DNA from: Gnetum montanum
Taxonomy: Eukaryota > Plantae > Gnetophyta
Direction of reading: 5' to 3'
Length of the DNA: 64,000 nucleotides
Assembly: GCA_015680685.1 (NCBI GenBank)
Contig: MNCI01001065.1
Span: 1,325,447 to 1,389,446 of the forward strand
Below the pieces are notes generated by a model. That model did no database searches. It was not told the origin of the DNA and saw only the letters and a list, made by a program, of their open reading frames with translations. Shown piece after piece: positions 12,461-22,149 of the stretch (the stretch's first letter is position 1; each line of letters starts with the position of its first letter). The position numbers were made by a program, and so were the translations under genes.

Positions 12461-14569
12461 AGGTCAAGATATCATGGGTGGGAAGCTCCCCTATTACATT
12501 AGCGATGCATCGAGGGGGAAGCGCCTAGTGGCTAAGATAGTGGACTCGTCAATGCCTCGGAAGAAGCCTCGTTTGACCGAGGAGTCTACCGAGCCAGCAA
12601 GTGGTGTGAGGTAGAAGATACAGGTCAAGTTTCGGAGGAGTAATCCTCTAGCAAGTAAGCAAAGAAATGTACTAATAGTTATAGTTATGCTGCGTATAGA
12701 CACTTTTATGTCACAATTTATTGAACTAGAGAAAAATTTTGTGTTAACTGAGAATGTTATGTAACAGTGAAGGAGAAGGTTCTGGAAAGGTTAACCCTTG
12801 AAATAGGGGCTATGGTTTTGCAGTGTGAGGAAGAGACCCCAGCCTTGGAAGAAGAGGTTCCAGTTAACACGGTGAACAACGCGCAGGTTCCCATGCGCGA
12901 GAAGGGAGTAGTAGTGGAAGATGCCGAAGTCCTTTCGGCTTAGACAAGAAGAGATAAATGATCTGTGACTCAGGAGGTAAATTTATTCTAAAGGTTATAT
13001 TGGTTATCGTAATGTTTTAATTATGTCCTCATATGGAACTTGTTCTGCATAATAGGTGACCAAGACGTACACTTGTCAATGGTGGCGACTCGATCCTGGG
13101 GTGAATTTCGTGATAAATTTGCCTTTATAGAAGGGGTCGTCCAAGATATGATCAGTCACTTGGAGAAAATCAATCCTGAAGTAGGTACACCATGATCATT
13201 ACACAGAATTTTTTCCATTGTGGTATTATGTTACCTAATTATGCCTAACCACCATGTTATGTTGTTAGGAGCTCGACTCAAGTGGGATCCGTCGGAGCCT
13301 ATTGATCTAGACACCACTGAACCCTCTTAAGAAGTGATCGTCATGCTGCGCAGAATTTATGATGAGATACGTAAATGTGTGGTACGCTCAACTCGCTCCT
13401 TGTGGGAATGTCAAAGAATAAACAAAGATCTTTGGAAGAGATTACAAAGGTCAGAGAAAGAGAGGGTCGCTCTAGGTGATGAAGTGGGGGATTTGAGGTC
13501 ATGAAATGAATTCCTGCAACCTCAGGGGAGGGGCAACGAGGACTAGTGGACGGCTGTTGTAGACTATGCCCATTATTGGACAGTCATCCGAAATAGTATC
13601 CAAACTAGCTGTGAACTGGTCAGTTAGCGGATGCAAATGGACCTCCTGGCTCAAAAGAATCAAGACTGAAAGGACTATAGCGTGAGTGTGCAAGAATGGG
13701 GGCAGACGTAGAAAGATCATAAACATGTCTATAAGTGGGACTGCGCTTCCTACCGTCAACATTACAGGGACGTTATTGGTGCTTCTAGTGCATTTGAAAG
13801 GTTCAAGAGCAAGTGATGGTAAGTGCCTCCCTAGAAAGGGAAATGACTCTTCCTGGGGGAGAGACAACCATCCCTTCCTTCTTCCCTAAACCACCTCGCT
13901 GGACTCCTGTGGAGAAAGGGAAGGTCAAGATCAACGCCAATCTAGGGGATGGGGTTTGGTCTAAGCTTACCGAGAATAAAATCATGCAACATCTATGGAT
14001 TGGCTTAGAACAAATTTCGTTTGCTACTGATGCAGGACCATCACAGGTGAGTGGTTGTTTTATTATGCCTTTTGTCAAACCTAGTTTTGACTGTGATGTC
14101 AGTATGCGTGTTATGTATAATTGTAGGAACGACCTAAGAAGGTTCCTCAGTGAGACGAACATAACATGGATGACAATCCTCACGAAGAGGGTTTGTAGGG
14201 GACAGAGCGTAATGGTGATGATCAATGCCGTGGTGAACCACCTCATGCAGAAGAGCCTAGTGGAGAGGGCCACATTCATGAAGAAATGCCACCTTTAAAA
14301 GGTGGCCCCTATGAGGACGATTTGCTCGAAGTTGAGATGGAACTGAGGAATATGGGCAACAGTGGAGACAAAGGAGATGCATAGTGTGGCAGTATTAGCC
14401 ACAGTCCATTTTTTTTATGATGGGAAAGACAATATTTTTCTTTGACTCTTTAATGCAAATTTGGTCTAAGTTAATGTTCTTTTTCTATTCTCGTTTTATG
14501 AAAAGCGTAAATGAGTAGGTTTTGATGCTATGAGAAATGGCAGATAGTTTTAAGCACGTAGTGTAAATG

Positions 14570-15010
14570 AAGTTACTAGTTTAAAGTCATTGCGGGCTAC
14601 TAGATAATTCGGGTGCAAAGCATAAATAAGGTAACTAGTCTTAGGCCATTTTGGGCCTTTGACTAGTTCAAGTATAAACTGTGATTTAAATAGGTAGTTT
14701 AAGGCCATTGTGGGCCATGGATAGTTTAAGGCCATTATAGGCCATGGACATATGTGTGAAAAAATAAATAACACCAAGTCACTAATTTTAAGCCCTGGCA
14801 GGCTGCGATTAGTTTTAGGCCATTTTGGGCCATGGGTAGTTTTAGGCCATTTTGGGCCATGGGTAGTTTTAGGCCGTTTCGGGCCATGGGTATTTTAAGG
14901 CCATTTCGGGCCCTGTATATGGTGTGTGAAAGAATAAATAACATTAAATCACTAGTTTTAAGCCATGGCCGGCTGCGATTAGTTTTAGGCCATTTCGGGC
15001 CATGGACATT
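14570..15010. repeat. E1 tandem array (27-bp core unit, ~170-bp higher-order duplication) between gag-PR and the accessory gene
   Basis: gggtagttttaggccattttgggccat repeated; ~14750-14835 duplicated at ~14920-15005. Confidence 0.9.
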
Positions 15011-15239
15011 TCAGGTGCAAAGCATACATGATTAGTTGTAGATAAAGCTAAGAGTAACAAAGATAACTAGTGGGAGCATAAAAAAAAGTGTAAATGAGAG
15101 TAGCTGGTGGAAGCGCAAAGAATAAGCGTAAGCATAAGAATGAGATGAGTGTTTGTAAAGAAAAGATAGGATAGCTGATGAAAGAAAATATGTGTAAAAT
15201 ATATGGCAGTTAGATGACAAAGTTTACTGGCTAGCTCTA

Positions 15240-18200
15240 CAATTGTTTCCTGATCTTTTTTATTTTTTGTGACATGTAAATACTAGGGAATTTACAACCC
15301 TTTTCCTTCACATCATAATCTTCCTCTGGGAATGGTAGTTCGGCCCAAGTTAGGCTGTCATCAGCCATTGTCTCGGCTTATTCAAGTATTTGGACAAGGG
15401 ACTAATCTTCAGGAATTTCGATTTCTGACCCCTATTTCGTTTCTATGTTATTAATAGCCTGAGGGGTTATTTCATCACCATGAATAACCACTTCTCCTCC
15501 TGCGTAGGGCAGATGAATCTCTTGATGTATAGGTGATGAAACTGCCCTTAGTTGAGCCAACCAAGACCTCCCCAGGATCAAGTTGAAGCTAGGCATCTCT
15601 TCGATGACAATAAAAGTTGTGTCTGTGGGAATTGCTCCCCTGCCACAAAGTTAATGTGCACTGTGCCTTTGACTTGCACTCGTGCCCTGTTGAACAACTT
15701 TAGACACGAAGTCATGGTAGGACTGATCTAATCAATCAGGCCTAGCTTATCCACTATGGGATATGGGATGACATTGGTGGCCGCTCCATCATCTACATGT
15801 ACTCTCTGAATTCGATGTTGGCTGACCCAGATGGTAATGAACATGGGCATCGTTGTCACTTGACCCTTTTCTAGGTCATCCTTAAGGGATTTATAGCGAA
15901 AGGTCAACAAGGAAGGCCCAGGCATCTCAGCAGTGAGAGAAAACATAATGGAATGAATTGCTTCTTCATCTACTGGCAGGCTCTCATCCATGAGTATGGA
16001 CATTAGCATACTAACCATAGCCTCACAATGTTTCTGTGATGTCATGAGTAAGTCATAAAGCCTCAATGTTGTATTTTTTTGTTTAAGAGCCTGTTTAACT
16101 TGTGTAAAGGCATCGAAGAGATCCTGTCGACGATCTGGCTGCTTGTCACCCTTTTCCTCTTCCATTCATTCTAAGAGATGAATTTATTAGGGAAGAGTAA
16201 CATTTGGTCAAGGGTTGTGTTTCTTTTGTCTAGGAGGAGATGGTTGCATTTGCGAAACTTTGCCGTTTTTAGAAAATGAGGCCAAGGGTACAAAAGCGAG
16301 GGGTTTAGGCTTGGGAAACCCCAACGTAAGACGATCCTTGGCTGTACCAGTTGTCATACCTCCTTATCCTTTTCCATTAAGTTGGGATTGGTGGATTGAC
16401 TTGGAGGTTTTCCCCTGCACAGGAGGGGCGGTTGATGGTTTTGGCACCCTAATGACAAAGGGAGCCTTAGGCATAGGCGTGGGATGGGCCGTAGCTTTAC
16501 TAATAGCAAGTTGTTGAGAATTTGTCTGAAAAGGGTCTTGAAGAATAAAAGGTTGCCTTGAAGCACCACTTGTCAATGCTGATGGATCCGTTGTTTGGGG
16601 AGAGCAAGGATGTGTTTGCAACACGAAAGGTTGTTTTGGCTGTGCCTGATTATCGCCCTCTGCTCCTACCATGTTAATTGTGTACCCTATGTTATTTGCA
16701 TTTAATGGGTCTTGGTACACATGCATGGCTTGGTTTTCCAGGCAATCTGGACTACTACTGTCTAAGATCAGGTCACCTTGATCAATCATACGTTGAATGT
16801 CATCTTTCAACGCCCAGCAGTAATCCGTGTCATGACCACACAATTGATGGTAGTCGCAGAATCGGTCTAGCCTAAAGTTCTTGGGAACTGGTAGTTCATT
16901 AGGTTGGGCCAAGGAGGGGTTCTTGAGTAACTCACAATGGCGCTTATGACGTTTTAGAGCCTCCTTGGACATCGCCTTGTGTCGGATGTGACTGGTTCCC
17001 AAAAATTGCTTCAAAATTTCTGAAGGCTTCATAGGTAGAGTTGCATAATTTGAGCAGTCCTTACGCTCAAATTTTGGCCTCATTTATGGGGGTGCTTCAA
17101 GTGCAGAAGGAGCTTCTTGATTGGTGCCATTTGAGCTAGTTGTCAGCTTAGCAGGCTCTGCGGTCATTTTATTGTTGCTATTTTTTCTTCTTGGCCTCCT
17201 CAGCAACCGTCGCTACTGTCATTTTCGCGGCTTTGCCTTTATCCTTACCCTTGCTGTGGGCATTTTTGTAAACTACATATGCCAGATCTTTACTGGCCTC
17301 CACCGCATCTTGGATGCTCTTAGTCTGAGCAAAGGCTTGGTTGAGGGAAAGGGGGGCAAGGTAATACAACTTAGACTTGATGAAGTCGTTAACCGCTCCC
17401 TTGAAGATTGCTAGTAGATGGGCTTCCGCGATGGGTTCGCAGATTTCATTCAAGGTTGCTCTCCAGTGTTGTATGAACTTTTGGACTGACTTGAGCAGGT
17501 CGTGCTTAACTCCCATGAGATGATCCAGCGTGAATTTCAGCTTCAAGTTGTATTTGAAACGAGTCACAAACTGGGTTAACAGCTCTTCCAAAGTTGAAAT
17601 GGAAGCACATGGGAGTGCTTGATACTAGTCCAGAACTTTGCCCGTTAGGGACATAGCAAAGATATGGATTATAGTATGTGGCCATTGTTGCAGCAATAAG
17701 GACTCTAACCTGAAAGTGACGAGGTGGGCATTGGGATCACCTTCCCCATTGTATTTTGTGAAATGGGGAAGGGGAATTCCAGGTGGCAACGATAGGATTG
17801 GGACTGCTGGACTAATAGGATCATCATGGTAGAAATTCATGACTTATACCATGTCAGAACTAGCAGCCTTGAGATGCTTAACCTCCTCTGTAAGGGTTTG
17901 AATGAGCTGGAAGGCTTGATCCAAACCCGTAGACGACGAGGTCATTTGTAGAATGACAGGAGGAGCCACACCAGGTGGCGGGATGGAGGTAGTGGCTTGG
18001 CTGATGGTCGGTGCTATTGAGATAGTCCCTGTAGGTAGTGTTGCTTGTGGCATCCACCATCTGGTGGTTAGTGTGGATGGAGCAACCACCATCAGCTGCA
18101 CCATTGGGTACACTCTTTGTGTCACTGGGGGCATGGGCAACGGTCCCGCAATTGGGTTTAGCACTTGCGGGACCTGGCTTTGATGATGGGGATTGTGGTG

Positions 18201-18990
18201 GATTTGCATAGGATGCACAACCAGAGACATGTTGGGAGCCCACCATGCTATGGTGGCAGGCCCTGTCCTGTGAGTCGGGAGTATGGTCAGTGTTGCAGGT
18301 AATTGTGATGTAGGTATCACGTGAACATGTGGTTGATGTAGGCGCTAGTGCGCGATGGGATGGGTTAGGTAGTTGCACCTTCTAGGGAATGATTTGCGAT
18401 GGACCTCCACCTGGGAAGATAGTCGAAGAAAGAAAATGTAAGCGCGGTGAATGTGGATCTCAATTGGTATTGGATAATGTCAGGGGCATGGTAATCATGA
18501 ACAATAGATTTATGCAGGATGTCGTGGAGAGAGGGGCCATGGTGAAATCGGCATGACCACCTCCTTCAGAGTGGGAGTCTAGATCATCTTGTCCATCATG
18601 AAGCGTTTCATCACAGAACAACTCCTCCAATTGTTCTAGCGATGTATTTTCCATCAGCATTTGATCTAGGATCAACTTTTTTTGGTCTATCAGGGACACA
18701 ATGACGTTAGGTAAAGGAATAAATTCCTTCCCGTTGCAGTATATGAACTTGTATTCTTGTTTTTCTTTGAGTTCTTATAGATACATGGGCAGGTTTTCCA
18801 CTAGCTTAGCGCAGAGGAAATTGTAGTGTTCTCTATGCTGAGCGTGTCCCTCAGGCTCCTTATTTTGCAACCTGAGAGAGTGGCGCGGTCGCACCGAACT
18901 AGTTGGTGGCTCGACCATAGGAGGCATGACTTGCAAGGTCCAAGGGTTCTCTAGATTGGCAGTATCAACAGCCATGGTTGATGTAATCAT
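15240..18990 (-). pseudogene. gag: E1 gag-protease (long Pro/Thr-rich N-terminus)
   Basis: PHFTKYNGEGDPNAHL; SLTGKVLD*Y; CDYHQLCGHDTDYC (CX2HX4HX4C); RVHVDDGAATNV; LILGRSWL. Confidence 0.93.
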
Positions 18991-19223
18991 TTTCTACATG
19001 ATTCAGAGAGAATGATGATAAGGGTAAAGATCAAAAGAGCAAAGATGAACTAAGATAATAATTGGGGCTTTCTATCTCGTAGGATTCCAAAGGAATCGTC
19101 AAAGTGACCGATCTGCACCACACAATCTCGTAAATAACCTCGGAGGTATTACGTTTATGTTGATTGACTATGGGTACCAACAGCTTACAAGACTACCCGT
19201 AAAATGTGGATCGGAGGCTCAGA

Positions 19224-19240
19224 CCCTCCTTCTAGTGCTA
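19224..19240 (-). other. E1 primer binding site, tRNA-Asn
   Basis: TAGCACTAGAAGGAGGG, a decayed TGGCGCTAGAAGGAGGG complementary to the plant tRNA-Asn(GUU) 3' end as recalled; 6 nt from the LTR. Confidence 0.8.
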
Positions 19241-19246
19241 GAAAAT

Positions 19247-20584
19247 TGTAACGATGGAAAATGTCGGTTGCTGGAAATACCGAACAAAAGTCCGTGTACA
19301 CAGTTCTAACCCCGGATCTGTGTGAGGTCCGTGCTGGAGAAAGAAACGAATCTGAGGTGCCCTGAACGGTCTTGTTCATTAGATAGGGACTTACTTAATC
19401 AGTAAAATTTTTGTAATACTTTGATGGAAAAATGATGACTCTTTATGAGGAGATGTAATATTGTTAATCCCAAAAAATAATTGAAAATGATGCAAACGGT
19501 TCAGAGCGATTGCCAAATCTATATAAATAGGACACAAGGAATCAGATTTGTAGAGAGTACGACCACAAGAACTGGGATTTAATTTATGAACACAATATGT
19601 CAGATACAATGATTACAAGTGGGCTTCGGTTTCGATGAAGCACATACCAGCAGCAAGAAATTTATCTAAAGATGGAACAAGCGAGGGTCAATCTACCTTG
19701 TTCTAGCCAATCTAGGTGCAAGGAAGTTAAACCTGGGGTAGAATATCTGTTAGCCAACTATTTCTAATCAAGGATTCTTGCCAATCACCTCTGATGTTCT
19801 CACAATCGCTGATCCTCTTTTTTCTCTCTTGACAACCGTAAAAGATAAAATTTTTGCCAACCCCATTTGATCTTCATCAACTAGAGCATTTATAAGGTTA
19901 GGGTCAGGAGGAAAACGCGGTTTAAATGACATGTGTCCTGAACTTATAAGATGTCATTGACCTAATGTGTTTTCATTGAAGCTTGCGACGCTATGCTGTG
20001 TAGCGCATCATAAACCACCCTTGTTTGGTCTTTGGCAACAGATTGTCCTTTGATTATGTTGTAATATGCTAGAGAGTGTATTGTGGCATATGAACTACTA
20101 ATGTCTGAACTGTGCTATCATTACTTGCATTACATTGCGTTACACTAAATTATGCATCATAGCGTAATTCAACATAAAATAACAAAATCGTCAAAGTTGA
20201 AGTATTGTCGTCATGCTTCCTCTACGTAATAGCCCCCCTTAACTGAGAAATAAAACCTACTAAAATGTGTAGCATGTTGCAAATCGTTGCTTATGCCTTG
20301 AGATTTTTGCTGGGTCTTCAAAGTCTTGAATATTTTCCATCTTTGATATTACGCTGCGTAACACGGTGTTACAATATATTGTGTAATGCAGCATAGTATG
20401 CTAAATATTGAGATTTTTTGAAACATAGAAAACCCACAAAGTGGAAGGCTTGCCGCCATGCACCCATCGTTTTGTTCTATCTTCTGAAGTTCATTTGTAC
20501 TATGCTACACCTTGTCGCGACTCCTTGCCTAGGTTGCTAGATTTTGCCGAACCGTCAAGGCCTTGAAAGTTTTATGGTGTTTCA
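19247..20584 (-). repeat. E1 5' LTR
   Basis: Homologous to 3576-4946; adjacent to the PBS; followed by TSD TTACT. Confidence 0.95.
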
Positions 20585-21499
20585 TTACTTATTACTTAAA
20601 TGCTTAGTTTTCAATTGATATTGATTGGTTGTTATATTCCTATAGGTCCTAAGATATAGTGGGAATTAAGTAAGGTGGCAAAAGTGGATGATCTACCTAA
20701 CCTTCTTCCTAAAATTGATCAGGTGTCTCATCACATATATGAGACATCTAAAAAGTACATACTTTTTTGTGCAAATTCATTATGGGTCTACAAGTTCTCT
20801 AATGAGCACCTATGAAAACATGTGCATGAACTACAGGAGAGGGTAACTAGTCAAGATGAGAAGATGAAGGATCTTCAATCTAGATATGACTTCACAGAAA
20901 CTAGATCATAGGGAGATGACACCTAGAGTACCTCTAAGATTGAGTATGCTAGGTATTGGACAACTCTTAGAGGTAAGAATAAGGTCATGCAGGAGTCGGT
21001 AGAGTAGCAACTCTAGATGGATTTTCTTGGTTAAAAGAATCAAGGTTGGAAGAATTATAGTACAAAGGTTTATTGGTGGGGATAGATGCAGAAGAATCAC
21101 AAGCATAAATACAAAGTTGCCTCTAAAGATCACTAATACAAGACCCTATGAGGTTAGTTTCTACTATGTTATTTTTTTATGCTTTTTATGTTTTGAGTTA
21201 GCTCATGTAATGCATGATTGCTTACTAATTGTGCATATTTTTTAATGGTTATGGTAGGTACTAGGTGATGCTACAAGCCCCAGTAACCTAGTAGAGGAAG
21301 CAGAATCTCCACCCCCACCTAGCACTATTAGTTGAGCATGACCATATGTACCTCCCATTGGGCTTTTTTTCCACATTTTTGCTATGTGATGCTATTCATG
21401 CTATGCATTGCTATTCATATTACATTTTCTATGGATGATTATTTGCTAAGTATAATGTGCAAACTTTTATCTCTATATGATGATTTTATTGCATTTTCT

Positions 21500-21830
21500 A
21501 TGAGTATGTGAGTCTGGGCCATTGCGAGCCATAATGATACTAGGCCATTACAAGCCATAGTGAGTATATTATCAATTTAAAGCCTTGACAGGCCCCATGC
21601 TAGTCTAAGGCCATAGCAAGAGGGCTAATGGTAGTTTTTGGTCATTTTTGGCCATGTGTTTCTAGTTTAAGGTTGTAGTCAACCATGGAGTCACCTAGTT
21701 TAAGGCCATGTTAGGCCACAACGATAGTTTAAGGGCATTCCAAGCCTCTATGTGGGGATTAAAAGTGATAGTTTTAGGTCATTCCAAGTCATAATATTGC
21801 CAGTTTAAGGCCATAGTGGGCTACGCATTA
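21500..21830. repeat. E2 degenerate tandem array between gag-PR and the accessory gene
   Basis: Recurring ctagtttaaggccat-N4-ggcca-like units, same core as the E1/E3 arrays. Confidence 0.75.
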
Positions 21831-22149
21831 CTGCCTCTCCTTTTGTAATTTTCGCTTTTATGATTTTTATGCATTTTGATGTTTTTCATGCATTAATGAA
21901 ATAATTGCAAAAGTGTAAACTAATAAGCAAATGAATAAACAAAGTAAACTAATGTGCAAACTAATCAAATAAATGCATAATCTAAGAAATCAAGCTAAAT
22001 GCAAATAACATGCTATTGTGCTAATCTAATGCAACACAGATGCAACATAAGTAGAGGGTAAGGTATAGGGTGTGCAGAAATGAATAGTGGGTAGGCACCT
22101 AGTGCATTTTAGACTAAGGGGATATCTTATTCATGCAGTTGATTCCTAA

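Larger units (their letters stand above)
10034..14384 (+). pseudogene. Antisense multi-exon accessory gene, copy A (FCP1/NIF-like + PMD/Transposase_32-like + coiled-coil + acidic tail)
   Basis: Candidate ATG at 10034 (MTPKVKRKNAK); GT-AG bounded AT-rich introns, e.g. AG 10664, GT 11115, AG 11233, GT ~11491, AG ~11606, GT ~12655, GT ~12976, AG ~13055, GT ~13185, AG ~13268, GT ~14047, AG ~14126. Exons translate to a protein homologous to copies B and C. Stops and frameshifts are present; start and end are tentative. Confidence 0.8.
3576..20584 (-). mobile_element. E1: full-length (17,009 bp) Tat-lineage Ty3/gypsy LTR retrotransposon with split gag-PR / RT-RH-aRH-INT and an internal antisense gene
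   Basis: Two homologous TG...CA LTRs (3576-4946, 19247-20584); exact 5-bp TSD TTACT (3571-3575 / 20585-20589); PBS, PPT and recognisable gag, PR, RT, RH, aRH and INT motifs. Confidence 0.95.
1004..21334 (+). pseudogene. Antisense accessory gene, copy B (in E2); split by E1, which inserted in an intron
   Basis: Exon 1004-1455 (MFLKPILIVVELMGIL...LLEYLLQ*FSVIMWSH...NPPGTIYYIRG|gtaag); exon ~1538-1809 (NIWAAMIE...CKTHDWLD); large exon ~1909-2911 (FANLFGIPTDG...INWDAYIATNLHVE); exon ending ELG|gtac at ~3536; resumes after AG at 20645 (PKI*WE...NSLW). All align with copy A. Confidence 0.8.

Noticed and set aside
14735-15035. Repetitive peptides (KLPMAQNGL / MGSFRPF) in the ORF track
   Set aside because: Artefact of a 27-bp tandem unit; the related E3 array has a different period.
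9460-15240. PR-RT interval as a separate nested transposon or an accidental host-gene capture
   Set aside because: No LTRs, TIRs or TSD bound it, and the homologous gene follows gag-PR in the same orientation in E2 and E4.
19209-19240. tRNA-Asn gene
   Set aside because: Only the 3' ~30 nt match, including the CCA position and adjacent to an LTR; this is a PBS.
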